Shown one piece after another: positions 1-10,660 of a stretch of 64,000 nt of DNA; the first letter of the stretch is position 1; every line of letters starts with the position of its first letter. The notes under the pieces were generated by a model. That model searched no databases, was not told the origin of the DNA, and saw only the letters and a list, made by a program, of their open reading frames with translations. A program made the position numbers and the translations under genes. The stretch is from Candidatus Undinarchaeota archaeon (GTDB lineage Archaea > SpSt-1190 > JASMDC01), in contig CAZFHY010000013.1 in NCBI GenBank assembly GCA_964519305.1, positions 52,153 to 116,152 of the forward strand, read 5' to 3'.

Positions 1-1372
1 CCTTAGCGCCTACGTGCTGCGACGTGCCTGGGGACCCACTGTACCTCAGAATGAGGACGAGGAGGGTTTCATGTTCAGTCACTATGTCTCGCTCGCCTTC
101 ATCGTGTTCGTCATCCCACTCACCATCCTTGCGACCCTGCACACAGGAGGCGCTAACGCCACTGTATCCCCGGAACTGTCCGAGTCGGCCTACGTGCTCC
201 ACGGCTGGGCGACAAGGAACATGAGCGATTATGTGTCGAACCTCGGTTCCACCGAGTCGTTGGCAGACACACTTACCAGTGTGTTCGTGCTTTCCTGGCT
301 CGTTTTCTACCTGGCGCTTCTGGTGTCCTACGTCAGGAGCGTCGAGCTCCGTAACTTCGCCAAGAAGCTCATCATCGCCTTCTTCATGTTCTGCCTCTGT
401 AGCTACACGCTCATCGACGGGTACGCGTTCGCTTCTGGCCTGAACTCATCAATGGACCCTGACTGGCTTGACAGCCTTCTCTGGCTCAAGCATCATTCGC
501 CCGACGATGCGATCGTCATGACCTGGTGGGACTACGGTTACTGGATCCAGTACGTGGCCAACCGCACAACAGTGACGGACGGGGAGAACCGCATCTCCAA
601 CTGGAACGTGGACATGGGCCAGTTCTTCCAGAAGACCAACGCTGACGACTTCTTCTCCTTCCGCAAGTGCGCTCCTGACGCATACCCCTTCTGCAATTTC
701 GTGCACGCCAACACCGGTGCTGGCGAGGTGTTCATGGACTATCACACCCTCGATCCGGACACCGGGAAGCGACGACCCGCCTACATAATCATCGACAACA
801 CGCTCATCGGCAAGTTCTACTGGGTCACCAAGATCGGTGATAACTGCATCGCTACAAAGTGCGGGACCCAGTTCCAGTACTTCCCCATAGCCAAGACGTC
901 CGAGAACCCGGAGGACCAGCGCCTCGGAGCTGGCGTCTACATGAACTATATCTACAAGCGGCTGCCCAATGGTGATGTTTCGCAGAAGGTCGCCCAGATC
1001 AACCTCATGTTCGACACACAGCACGGGGGATACATCCCCATCATCCTTGTAGGGGGCATCACGCCCGAAGGACAGTTCCGTATCGAGGAGGAAGCCATCA
1101 TCGGCAAGTACATGGTGGCCGGCAGTCCGACCATATTCGAGACCCAAGGGATCAAAGAGGACGCCAACGTATTCCCCGGCATGGTCATTATCGCACGAAG
1201 CTCCGATCCACGACGGGGTGCCCTGTACTATGTAGAGGAGAAGACCGTGGACATGCTCTTCACAAACCTCTACTTCAGGGACGGGGTCGGCGTAGACTGG
1301 GTGGAGAAGGTGCACGACTCCAAACCCTACGGGACCGTGAAGGTATTTAAGATAAAATACCCAGAAGCCTAG
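1..1372 (+). CDS. aglB: Oligosaccharyltransferase STT3/AglB, C-terminal part (5'-partial)
   Basis: WWDYG motif, ANRTTVTDG, TM helices before a soluble domain; frame is open to the window edge. Confidence 0.9.
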   Translation, partial: LSAYVLRRAWGPTVPQNEDEEGFMFSHYVSLAFIVFVIPLTILATLHTGGANATVSPELSESAYVLHGWATRNMSDYVSNLGSTESLADTLTSVFVLSWLVFYLALLVSYVRSVELRNFAKKLIIAFFMFCLCSYTLIDGYAFASGLNSSMDPDWLDSLLWLKHHSPDDAIVMTWWDYGYWIQYVANRTTVTDGENRISNWNVDMGQFFQKTNADDFFSFRKCAPDAYPFCNFVHANTGAGEVFMDYHTLDPDTGKRRPAYIIIDNTLIGKFYWVTKIGDNCIATKCGTQFQYFPIAKTSENPEDQRLGAGVYMNYIYKRLPNGDVSQKVAQINLMFDTQHGGYIPIILVGGITPEGQFRIEEEAIIGKYMVAGSPTIFETQGIKEDANVFPGMVIIARSSDPRRGALYYVEEKTVDMLFTNLYFRDGVGVDWVEKVHDSKPYGTVKVFKIKYPEA

Positions 1373-1376
1373 TCCC

Positions 1377-2327
1377 ATGGAGCTTGCGGTCTGCCTGGCG
1401 GTCTCCTTCGTAGTCACATACCTAGCCGTCCACTTCTACATCCCGCGGGCCATTAAAGCGGGCATCACCGGTAAGGACATGAACAAGCGCGACAAGCCGG
1501 AGGTCGCCGAGATGGGCGGGCTCGCCGTAGTGGCCGGGTTCCTGGTGGCCTACCTCCTTGTCATTTACAATGCTCCGGCCGAGACACTTCCCGACCACCT
1601 CGCGAGCCTGGCCACCATCCTCGTGGTCACCATCGTAGGGATGGTGGACGACCTATTCGACATGCGTCAGAGCGTGAAGGCCGTGCTCCCCGTGCTGGCC
1701 TCGCTCCCCTTGGCGGCGATCAAGGCCGGTACGCATATCATGTACTTCCCCATTTATGGTGCGGTATATCTCGGGGACGCCTATCCATTGCTACTGGTCC
1801 CCCTGGGGATCACAGGTGCCGCCAACGCATTCAACATGCTCGGAGGCATTAACGGGCTGGAGGCAGGGATGGGCATCATCTCGTGTGTCACTGTGCTCGT
1901 GTGCGCGGTCATCGCGGAGCGGACCGCGTCTGCCCTGCTCATGGCGTGCATGGTGGGTGCTCTTTGCGCCTTCTACTTATTCAACCGTTACCCGTCCAAG
2001 GTGTTCCCCGGTGATGTGGGCACACTGACCATCGGCGCCGCCATCGCAGCAGCGGTGATCATCGGGAACATGGAGCGTGTTGGACTGTTCGTGGTTACGC
2101 TCTACTTCGCCGAGCTCGTGCTCAAAGCAAGGACCGGGTTCAAGGCCCAGTGCTTCGGCACACCCACACGCGATGGTCTCGAGCCGCCGGAGGACATCGG
2201 CTCCCTCACCCATATCGTGATGCGCCACACTACCGACGAACCTCGAGTGGCCTATACCCTGTTCGTCATCCAGGCTCTGCTCTGCTCTCTTGTGGTCATG
2301 AACGTGTACCTGACCTACGGAGTGTAG
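1377..2327 (+). CDS. UDP-GlcNAc:dolichyl-phosphate GlcNAc-1-P transferase (AglH/GPT, MraY family)
   Basis: GKDMNK..EMGG, GMVDD, NAFNMLGGINGLE, FNRYPSKVFPGDVG motifs; polytopic. Confidence 0.88.
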   Translation: MELAVCLAVSFVVTYLAVHFYIPRAIKAGITGKDMNKRDKPEVAEMGGLAVVAGFLVAYLLVIYNAPAETLPDHLASLATILVVTIVGMVDDLFDMRQSVKAVLPVLASLPLAAIKAGTHIMYFPIYGAVYLGDAYPLLLVPLGITGAANAFNMLGGINGLEAGMGIISCVTVLVCAVIAERTASALLMACMVGALCAFYLFNRYPSKVFPGDVGTLTIGAAIAAAVIIGNMERVGLFVVTLYFAELVLKARTGFKAQCFGTPTRDGLEPPEDIGSLTHIVMRHTTDEPRVAYTLFVIQALLCSLVVMNVYLTYGV

Positions 2328-2330
2328 GCA

Positions 2331-3710
2331 ATGCGCGTTCTCATCCTCAATCCACCCGGGCCCGGCGGTGTGCGCTACAGTCGCGACGGTCGGTGCCAGA
2401 GCGATGAAGGGGCATGGCTAGATACGTTCCCCCCTACCATGCTGGCCAGCGTGGCCGGTGCCCTCCGTACCGAGCATCAGGTGGTAGTCACCGACTGCAT
2501 CGGCGAAAGACTGGGCATGGACGCTCTCCTGGAGCGGGTGGAGGCGCTTGATCCTGACGCTGTTGTGTGCAATACCGCAACACCCACGATCGCTGCCGAC
2601 ATGGCAGCCCTTGCCGTGGTGAAGGAGAGCTGTGATGCCATGACGCTCGCTTATGGCGAGCACGTAACGGCCCGTGCCACAGAGCTCCTCAAGGATCATC
2701 CCTCCTTGGACGTTGCCGTGCTGGGCGAAGCGGAGACACCTGTGCTCCGGGCATTGCGAGGGGAAGAACGTATCCCCGGTACAGCTGTGCGCGGATGGAC
2801 GGGAGAACCTTGGATCGAACCCGAACTGGACATACTGCCATTCCCCGCCTACGACCTGCTGCCCACATACCGCTTCCCCCTTACCGGTGAGCCCTGGCTC
2901 TTCGTTCGTGACGGCCGTGGATGTCCCTACAACTGCTCGTTCTGTGTGATGCCTCGCTTGGGCGGGCGACGGGCACGGTTCCATTCTTCTGAATACATGC
3001 TCGACCAGTTGACCTGGATCGTGGAGCGACTGGGGATCCACCTGTGGATGCTCTGGAACGAACTTGCCACACTTGACAGAGCACGCATGGAACGACTGTG
3101 CGACCTGCTCGTGGGGTCCGGGCTGGCAGAACGGGCCCGCTGGTTCTGCACGACCCGCGCCGACCGGTTCGATCAGGCCCTCGCACAAAGGATGCATTCC
3201 GCAGGATGCCGTATGATATCCTTCGGTGTTGAGTCAGGGAGCCAGCACGTTCTGGACCGGTGCGGTAAGGGTATCACCGTAGAGCAGGTGCATCAGGCCG
3301 TGGCCGCCGCCAGGGAAGCTGGTATGCACACCATCGGTCACTGCATCATCGGGCTACCGGGCGAGGACGAGGAGTCCGCCCGGGCCACCGTCGACCTCGC
3401 TATCGAGAGCGGGCTCGATTTCGCTCAGTTCTATACCGCAACACCCTTCCCGGGAAGCGCTTTCCACGAGGAGGCCGTGCGAGAGGGGTGGTTCGCTGAC
3501 GACGACTGGGGCGCGGTCGAGCAGGGGACTGCCGCCGTATCCTACCCGCACCTTCCCGCTGAACGCATTGCTGAGCTCCGACGCGAAGCGTACCGCGCGT
3601 TCTACCTCAGGCCTCGGGCAGCTGTATCGGTGGCGACCATGACGTCGCCCCGTGCGCTCCTCGACCTACCGCGCATGACGCTCGGATTCCTTGGGTGGAT
3701 GGGCCGGTGA
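2331..3710 (+). CDS. Cobalamin-binding radical SAM protein (HpnJ/BchE-like)
   Basis: GRGCPYNCSFC (CxxxCxxC), FGVESGS, N-terminal B12-binding-type domain. Confidence 0.85.
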   Translation: MRVLILNPPGPGGVRYSRDGRCQSDEGAWLDTFPPTMLASVAGALRTEHQVVVTDCIGERLGMDALLERVEALDPDAVVCNTATPTIAADMAALAVVKESCDAMTLAYGEHVTARATELLKDHPSLDVAVLGEAETPVLRALRGEERIPGTAVRGWTGEPWIEPELDILPFPAYDLLPTYRFPLTGEPWLFVRDGRGCPYNCSFCVMPRLGGRRARFHSSEYMLDQLTWIVERLGIHLWMLWNELATLDRARMERLCDLLVGSGLAERARWFCTTRADRFDQALAQRMHSAGCRMISFGVESGSQHVLDRCGKGITVEQVHQAVAAAREAGMHTIGHCIIGLPGEDEESARATVDLAIESGLDFAQFYTATPFPGSAFHEEAVREGWFADDDWGAVEQGTAAVSYPHLPAERIAELRREAYRAFYLRPRAAVSVATMTSPRALLDLPRMTLGFLGWMGR

Positions 3711-5917
3711 GAGCGCAGACCCTGCTCCTCATATTAGTGGTCACGTTCCATACCGCCCTTCTCTGGCCGGTCATCGGCCGGGGTCCGCCCATCGGAATGG
3801 ACAACTCATATCATATAGGGAAACTCGCATGCCTTTCCGATAACACGGCAGAAGGTGGACCTGTGTTCGGGTGGTGTCCGGAGTACAGCGGTGGATTCCC
3901 ACTGTTCCGGTACTACCAGCACGTCCCCTATATTGTCACGCTCGCGATGATGCGGGTGCTCCCCCTGAACGTCACCGATGTGTTCAACATCACCCTCGTC
4001 CTCTTCTTCGTTGCGCCGGCCCTGGCCATCTTCCTTCTGGCACGTGCACTGGGCGCCCCCCCGGGGTTCGCGGCGGCATTGTTCTTGTTCTATCCGACCT
4101 GTTGGGGTCACGACCACTGTGCCTACTTCAATCTGGGCGTGTGGACACAGCCCTTTGGCCTCTTCTTCGCAGCGCTCGCCTTGTGGTCACTGGCGACGCG
4201 CCGTCAGAGACTTGCTACGCTCCTCCTCGCTATGACGATGGCATCGCATCTCGTCCTTGCCTACATGCTCGTCCCCGTGATCATCCTCTTCCCTCTTCTT
4301 CTTCACACCGACCGTACACTCTCCCGGCGTCTGGCGCAGGGGGTGATGGTGCTCGTGCTGGCCGCGGCCCTTAGCTCGTACTGGCTGGTGCCCACCCTCA
4401 CCACTATCTCTGCCCGTGGTTCCAATCCCTGGGTGCAGAACACCATCCAGAAGCGCTCTCTTGGCCTGGATGCGATCGACCTACTACTGGACGGTCGACT
4501 ATTGGATGGTGTCACCAATGGCTCGAGCGAAAGGTACACTGTATCGAAGCTGGGCCGTCCACCGGTCATCACGGCGCTCGGGATGGTCGGCCTCGCGCTC
4601 TCGCTGGCCCGCGATCGCCGCTGCATCCTTCTCGTGCTCTCGTTCGCATGCTCGATGGTGCTCTTCATAGGCGCTGAAGTGGTCACCCCGCTCAGTTACC
4701 TGCCCTTCGAAGCATCACTGTACTACATCCGCGCCCTCGCTCTCGTCGAGGTGTTCTTCGCCATCCTGGCAGCACGGGGATTGGGATGGCTCACCGGGGA
4801 ACGGACGGCAGGGCTAGTCCTCGCCCTTGTCCTCCTATGGCCATCCGTGACACAGAGCGATATGTGGGCGCGGAGCGGTACTTTCCTATCGGATGTTATC
4901 GCCCGAGTCCTAGGTATAGTGCTGGAGAGCACAGCTCGTACAGTGCTCCTTGTCATGGGGGCCATTGTTGCGCTCGCATCCTCCCGGCGACCTCGCGGAC
5001 GGCGCATTGCTGCCATAGCGCTAGTAGTGGTGCTCCTTCTCCCGCTCGGACTGGAGCGCGCTGGCTCCGCCGACGGACATGCACGCTCCATCCGCGACCA
5101 CTCGCACATCGCGCGTCGTGTGTACGGCGCCGCTGACATCCTCACCGGGCTCCCCGGTCTAGGCAGGGTGCACACTGGCGGTAGCCTGGGATTGGGCAGC
5201 CACTGGGACATCGGTATCCTCGCGCTACGAGGTGGGAAGGATGCCACTTCGGTATACGGTGCCGGTCTTGATCACACGGCGCTCAACCACCATATCATCG
5301 GCCCGCGGCTCCAGGTCACGCCTAGTGATCTGGTGATGGCAGGTGTACGGTACGTGGTGTCGGCCAAGCCCCTATCCCAAGGCTGGTTGATCGAACATCC
5401 CCACGACTATGACGGCTTCTATCTGTACGAGGCACTGGGTTCGTCCTACGCCACGATCGTGAACCGCGCACCGTTGTTCCAGGGCACTTGGAACGAGTGG
5501 AAAGAGTTCGCGGACACGTGGGACCGCCGTATCACAGCATTGTACTACATGGATGGGCCAATATCGGATGTGGGGCCTACTTTCGGACCGGGCGAGCCCG
5601 TCCCCGACGTCGGCCAGCGGACTACACCCGTTTTCGAATGTCAACACACCCGAACAGATCATACGTGCACCGTGCGGTCGGACGATCCGGGAGTCCTCGT
5701 GTTGAGAGTAGCTTACTTCCCCGACTGGCATGCCACCTATGACGGGAAAGAAACCCCCTTGTTCGTCGCAGCACCGTTCTTCATGGCGGTCGATTTCGAG
5801 CCCGGTACACACGAGATAACGTTCACCTGGCGTCAGTCGTACATGGTCACCCTATCATGTCTGCTCTCACTGATCGTGTTCCTAGGAATTGTGTACGGGT
5901 CTGTCCGGCGCCGGTGA
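3695..5917 (+). CDS. Polytopic membrane protein, GT-C-like (PTPS-related/YfhO-like)
   Basis: MDNSYH..W....GGFPLFRYY N-terminus, many TM helices, C-terminal AYFPDWHATYDG..PGTHEITF. Confidence 0.65.
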   Translation: MDGPVRAQTLLLILVVTFHTALLWPVIGRGPPIGMDNSYHIGKLACLSDNTAEGGPVFGWCPEYSGGFPLFRYYQHVPYIVTLAMMRVLPLNVTDVFNITLVLFFVAPALAIFLLARALGAPPGFAAALFLFYPTCWGHDHCAYFNLGVWTQPFGLFFAALALWSLATRRQRLATLLLAMTMASHLVLAYMLVPVIILFPLLLHTDRTLSRRLAQGVMVLVLAAALSSYWLVPTLTTISARGSNPWVQNTIQKRSLGLDAIDLLLDGRLLDGVTNGSSERYTVSKLGRPPVITALGMVGLALSLARDRRCILLVLSFACSMVLFIGAEVVTPLSYLPFEASLYYIRALALVEVFFAILAARGLGWLTGERTAGLVLALVLLWPSVTQSDMWARSGTFLSDVIARVLGIVLESTARTVLLVMGAIVALASSRRPRGRRIAAIALVVVLLLPLGLERAGSADGHARSIRDHSHIARRVYGAADILTGLPGLGRVHTGGSLGLGSHWDIGILALRGGKDATSVYGAGLDHTALNHHIIGPRLQVTPSDLVMAGVRYVVSAKPLSQGWLIEHPHDYDGFYLYEALGSSYATIVNRAPLFQGTWNEWKEFADTWDRRITALYYMDGPISDVGPTFGPGEPVPDVGQRTTPVFECQHTRTDHTCTVRSDDPGVLVLRVAYFPDWHATYDGKETPLFVAAPFFMAVDFEPGTHEITFTWRQSYMVTLSCLLSLIVFLGIVYGSVRRR

Positions 5918-5952
5918 AACACATTTAATACTGTCCAAGGAGATATTGGACC

Positions 5953-8166
5953 ATGGCCCGGGCTGGTACGAGGTTCGCGGTGGTCGCGCTCCTTCTTCTC
6001 GTACTGGTCACGGCCGAGGACATCTCACTCACCGTTCGCCTGGTCACTAACAATCCGCTCGAGATCGGTTCTAGTGCCACTGTATCGCTTAGCATCCAGA
6101 ACAGTGGCGAGTATGACACTGAGGTAGTGGTGGCCCTTGACGCTCCGCGCCTCGAGTCCTCTTCAATGAGCGGGCCCGAGCAGAATCTGGGGTATCTGGG
6201 CCCTGGGGCGAAAGGTCAGACTGACTGGCGTGTATCTGCCCTGGGCCCGGGCAATTACACCATCTGCGTGAACGTCACCGGATCAGCCAGCATCGAGATG
6301 GACTATCCGACCCTGCCCGTATGCCTGGACGTTAAAGCGATCACCAAGGTGGAAAGCAAGACAGATGCGATCAATAGCACAGTGCTCACGGCCAAGGGTG
6401 TCCCCAAGAAGGGCGGATTGGCCGAGGTCCGCCCACCACTGAACCTCACCTTGGCAAAGGGCGCCATTACACGAGAGAACGGTAATATCCAGTTCAAGCT
6501 CTCCGTGGAGAACACGGGTACAAGGGGCGGGGTGGTGACCGTGAACGTAGAGGGGAAGGGCGCCATCGACGTGGACCCTGCCTCATTCAACCTCCCCCCT
6601 GATGCTTCAAGGAGCGTCAACATTCTGGTCCAGGGCACCGACCTCCTGGACATCACCGTGACTGTGAAGGACGACCTAGATCGGTTGTTGGTATCTGAAA
6701 GAGTGCTCGACCGCCCTGAAGAGACCACCAACTGGGCGCGAGCAGTCGTACCGCTCCTGTTGATCATCCCCATAATCCTCGTCATCATCATTAAGGGGCG
6801 GGCCATGGAACGGCTCCTTCCCTCGCTGTACGTCCAGCGCTTCGAGAGCGTCATCGATGTCCGGGAGCGCGAATCCGAGCTCATGGGCAAGCGCATCACC
6901 CTTGAGGGCAAGGTCATCCTGGACGAGAACTTCGAGTTCTTCCATACTGTTTACGTCTACGATGCTTCGGGCGACTACCTGGCCGCCACGACCGACATCC
7001 AGTTGGAAGAGGGCATCTACACCGTGACCGGTCGCCTCGGCCGTGCCGAACACACCCAAGGATACGTCCAGGAGGGCGAGCTCCTGCTCCAGGTGGAGTC
7101 CGCCCGCGGCGAGTGGCAGTCCGGTGCGTCGCTGTTCGCTATGCGCAACCATATCCGTGCCGTGGCGGTGCTGGCCGTGCTCTACCTGCTCGTGTCCCGG
7201 CGCATCCGCGACATCACCTACATAGCTCCCTGGGGCAACCTCCAGTACTTGGCTATCGCACCTTTCTCCCTGCCGCTCCTGCCCATCCTTTTCGCGCTCG
7301 TGCCACTGCTGTTGGCCCTGGTAATGGGCCCTGTGTTCTGTGGCTGGGTATGCCCCGTCGGCTTCTTCCACGAGGTCATCGGCACAAGGCTCTCAAAACC
7401 ACGTAAGGCGCTCGCACGCCTCAACGACCGCAACATCAAGTATCTGGGACTGCTCGTCGTAATCGTCGTCACACTCGGCTTCCGAACTCCGGCCCTGTGC
7501 AAGGTGTGCCCCTTCGGCGATGTACTGGCGCGGATCGAACTGGACACAGGTATCTCCGCTGACGCCTTTGCAGGGGGAGCGGTCGCTTGGCGTCTGGGCA
7601 TCCTGGGGGCGCTGATCATCGCCATGATCCTCATCCAACCCATCTACTGGTGCAAGAACCTCTGCCCATACGGTGCGCTCCTATCGGTGATGGGCATCAC
7701 AAAGTGGACCGAGGTCCATGTCCAGCGGCAGGCCTGTGTCGACTGTGGTCTGTGCGAGAACGTGTGCCCCTACGAGCTGGGCATCCTCACCGACACCCAC
7801 ATGAACGAGTGCACTTCCTGCGGCAAGTGCGTGTCCGTCTGCTTCAAGAACGCCCTGACGCTCAATTTCAATCCTGGTCTCATCCGACAGAACCTTGTGC
7901 CCGCGGTACTGGGTCTACTGGTCGTGGCCATCATCCTGATGTTCCCCTTCGTCAGCGAGCGGCTCCCTGTCAACATCGACTACACGAAGTGCATCAAATG
8001 CGGTGCATGCTGGGAGCAGCACCCCAAGTTCTTCGCTGAGGACGATCGTACAGGGTTCCCGGTCATCAGCGAGGCTTCGGCAGTGAAGGTCGCTGGGCTC
8101 ACGCCAGAGGAGGCGGACCGCATAATAGCGGTCTGTCCCGTGGACGCAATCTCCGTTGAGGATTGA
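5953..8166 (+). CDS. Multidomain membrane Fe-S protein: signal peptide, Ig-like ectodomains, NapH/MauN-like domain, C-terminal ferredoxin
   Basis: FCGWVCPVG, CKVCPFG, WCKNLCPYG, CVDCGLCENVCP, CTSCGKCVSVC, CIKCGAC..CPVDAI. Confidence 0.75.
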   Translation: MARAGTRFAVVALLLLVLVTAEDISLTVRLVTNNPLEIGSSATVSLSIQNSGEYDTEVVVALDAPRLESSSMSGPEQNLGYLGPGAKGQTDWRVSALGPGNYTICVNVTGSASIEMDYPTLPVCLDVKAITKVESKTDAINSTVLTAKGVPKKGGLAEVRPPLNLTLAKGAITRENGNIQFKLSVENTGTRGGVVTVNVEGKGAIDVDPASFNLPPDASRSVNILVQGTDLLDITVTVKDDLDRLLVSERVLDRPEETTNWARAVVPLLLIIPIILVIIIKGRAMERLLPSLYVQRFESVIDVRERESELMGKRITLEGKVILDENFEFFHTVYVYDASGDYLAATTDIQLEEGIYTVTGRLGRAEHTQGYVQEGELLLQVESARGEWQSGASLFAMRNHIRAVAVLAVLYLLVSRRIRDITYIAPWGNLQYLAIAPFSLPLLPILFALVPLLLALVMGPVFCGWVCPVGFFHEVIGTRLSKPRKALARLNDRNIKYLGLLVVIVVTLGFRTPALCKVCPFGDVLARIELDTGISADAFAGGAVAWRLGILGALIIAMILIQPIYWCKNLCPYGALLSVMGITKWTEVHVQRQACVDCGLCENVCPYELGILTDTHMNECTSCGKCVSVCFKNALTLNFNPGLIRQNLVPAVLGLLVVAIILMFPFVSERLPVNIDYTKCIKCGACWEQHPKFFAEDDRTGFPVISEASAVKVAGLTPEEADRIIAVCPVDAISVED

Positions 8167-8174
8167 AGCGATCC

Positions 8175-8610
8175 CTACTCGATCACAGGATTCGCATCCT
8201 CGTCGAACGGGTTCGTCCGCATGGCGAGCGAGAACAGGTACGGGTGATCGTCCTTGAGGTGCTTCATGTACGCCAGCCATTGACGGACGAGCAGGCCGTA
8301 GGCGCGTTGCAGGTCCTTGGCCAGATGCTCGCGGTCAGTGTCAGGGAGCACGTCGAGGTACGGACGGACGGATAGTTCTTCGGTCAGGTGGAACACGGCC
8401 TGCAGGAGCTCGGTGAACGACTCGTGCTCCAGAAGGTTGGGATTGGCCAGCAGGCGCACCAGGAACTTACGCTTCTCTATGAGGAACCGTCGAAGGTCCT
8501 CGAGCTCCACACGGTCGGTCTCGATATCGTAGCCATGGTCGTCCAGCCCTTTCCTGACACGGTCGAAGTGCTCGTCGTCCCATTCACTGTTGACGAGGAG
8601 GCGCTGTCCG
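8175..8610 (-). pseudogene. 5'-truncated hypothetical gene
   Basis: Host-like coding frame (GQRLLVNSEWDDEHF..LLANPNLLEHESFT..RTNPFD) runs back to ~8610, then meets AT-rich DNA and an in-frame stop with no proper start. Confidence 0.6.
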
Positions 8611-8806
8611 GGAAAATGGCCATATTGTGTATCCTAAAGGGTGCCGACGGTGGGTTGTAGTACTTGATCTCACGATCAAGGAGAGAGCTCTATCAGGCGA
8701 GATGGGCGAAAAAAGATGAGTTCAAGGATAAAAAATCAATGTAAAATGTTCAATTTTTTAGCAGATTAGCTATTATAACCTCCTTTTACAATATCCACCA
8801 TATACC

Positions 8807-10660
8807 TCATAACTTACGCTTTCTCCACGATGATAGAATGATATTTCGTAACTCCTCCCTGTTTTGTGCATTTAACCATTTTTTATCAAAATCTTCTTTT
8901 TCAACACTCGCAATTATCCACATAAGTGAGTGATACCAGAACCTCTCCTCGTCAGGTGTATGAACGATAATAAATGCTCCATGGATTGGTGTAGATTTGT
9001 ATGAAAAAGTAATACCTTCCCTATCCCTAACTAATATAACTTCAAATTTGCTATGTCCCTGAATAGTGAGGGGAAGACATACCACACGGGAATGGATTAT
9101 TGCCTGCGGCTTTTGCTCTCGTTCTATTAAAAGCTTGAATAACTCCTCTCGGCTTGTCTTTAATCGTTCTGCCAATGAATTTGTAACTATTTTAGTGAAC
9201 TCGTCTGGCGAGAGAGAGGTTTTGAGATCAATAACGGGGCATTTTTTTATTAAACGCTCAAACCGCTCCTCACAAATATTGTCTCTTTCTATTAGGATCT
9301 CCCTTAGCTCTTCCTCTATTAGGTAACTCGTTGAAGTGATCCCAGTAACCCTTTCGACCACATGTAAGAGCGCATATTCTCGTTCTATCTTACCGCTTGC
9401 ATAGACCCAATACCAGCCCAATCCACAAACGATTAATATACCAACCAAGAGAAGCGGAACAACGCCCATTTGAAAAATAAGAAATCCGTATCCAATAATT
9501 CCTGCTATCTGAACCCATGGATAAAAAGGAGATTGAAAACTTGGCTGATAATTTTCGATTTTACTTTCTCGCATAACAATGACCGAGAGAGTTACCATCA
9601 GAAACAAGAGGATCTTCATGGTTGAGGCCGTCTTGACGAGACTTTCTATGTCCAAGAACAAAATAACGCAGATCATGAAAGCAGAGGTGAAAAGTATAGA
9701 AAAAACCGGAGTTCCGCGTTCAGACACACTTCCAAAAAAACTCGGTAAGAGTTCGTCTTTACCCATTGCCATTGGGATCCTAGAAGCAGATAATATCCCC
9801 GCATTAGCTGTCGTTATAAGTGCTATAAGTGCAGCTACAGCCATCATTATACTTCCACCCCACCCCATGAAAGTGCTGGCACCGAGAGAAATTGGTGTGA
9901 GAGAACCTTGCAGTTGAGTAGAATCCACCACGCCTACTGTTACAGAAATTACGAGAATGTAAAGGAGAGATATGAAAACCCAAGCAAAAAACATTCCACG
10001 AGGAATATTTCGTCTCGGATTTTTCACCTCCTCTGCAACACTAGCAATTTTTGTTAGACCCCCAAAGGAAACAAAAACAAGACCCACCGTTGCGAAAAAA
10101 GAACCAAAATCCCTGGGTGCAAGAGGGGCAAATCTGGAAAATTGGATCGAGAAAGAACCCACGACAGTATACAAAACAAGCAGACAGAGGAGGGCTCCAA
10201 CCAAGGCTATCTGAGTCTTTCCTGCATGTTTAACACCAACGAGATTAATAATGGTAAGAATTACACAAAATGCAACGGCAATAAGTTTCATTTGCATCTC
10301 TGTAAAACCCGGATTAAGCAATAAAGCAAACACACCGATTCCTATCAAGGCAAAAGCACTTTTTAGGGCCAAAGAAAACCACGCTGCAAATCCACCAATT
10401 GTTCCCATCCTAGGCCCCATACATCGATCTATGAAAAAATAAGTTCCACCTGCTTTTGGCATGGCTGTGGCGAGTTCGATCTTCGAAAGCATGGCAGGAA
10501 TAACAAAAATACTGGCAAGGAAATACGCAAGAATTACAGAAGGACCTGTTTTTGCATATGCCAATCCAGGCAAAATAAATAATCCTGAACTGATCATTGC
10601 TCCTGACGCTATGCAAAAAAGGTTGAGAAGCCCAAGTTCTTTTTTTAACTTATAAGACAT
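8807..10660 (-). CDS. APC-family amino acid permease with degenerate PTS-EIIA-like C-terminal domain
   Basis: LKKELGL..GAMISSGLFILPG, MPKAGG, AEEVKNP; ~12 TM; AT-rich. Confidence 0.85.
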   Translation of the reverse strand: MSYKLKKELGLLNLFCIASGAMISSGLFILPGLAYAKTGPSVILAYFLASIFVIPAMLSKIELATAMPKAGGTYFFIDRCMGPRMGTIGGFAAWFSLALKSAFALIGIGVFALLLNPGFTEMQMKLIAVAFCVILTIINLVGVKHAGKTQIALVGALLCLLVLYTVVGSFSIQFSRFAPLAPRDFGSFFATVGLVFVSFGGLTKIASVAEEVKNPRRNIPRGMFFAWVFISLLYILVISVTVGVVDSTQLQGSLTPISLGASTFMGWGGSIMMAVAALIALITTANAGILSASRIPMAMGKDELLPSFFGSVSERGTPVFSILFTSAFMICVILFLDIESLVKTASTMKILLFLMVTLSVIVMRESKIENYQPSFQSPFYPWVQIAGIIGYGFLIFQMGVVPLLLVGILIVCGLGWYWVYASGKIEREYALLHVVERVTGITSTSYLIEEELREILIERDNICEERFERLIKKCPVIDLKTSLSPDEFTKIVTNSLAERLKTSREELFKLLIEREQKPQAIIHSRVVCLPLTIQGHSKFEVILVRDREGITFSYKSTPIHGAFIIVHTPDEERFWYHSLMWIIASVEKEDFDKKWLNAQNREELRNIILSSWRKRKL

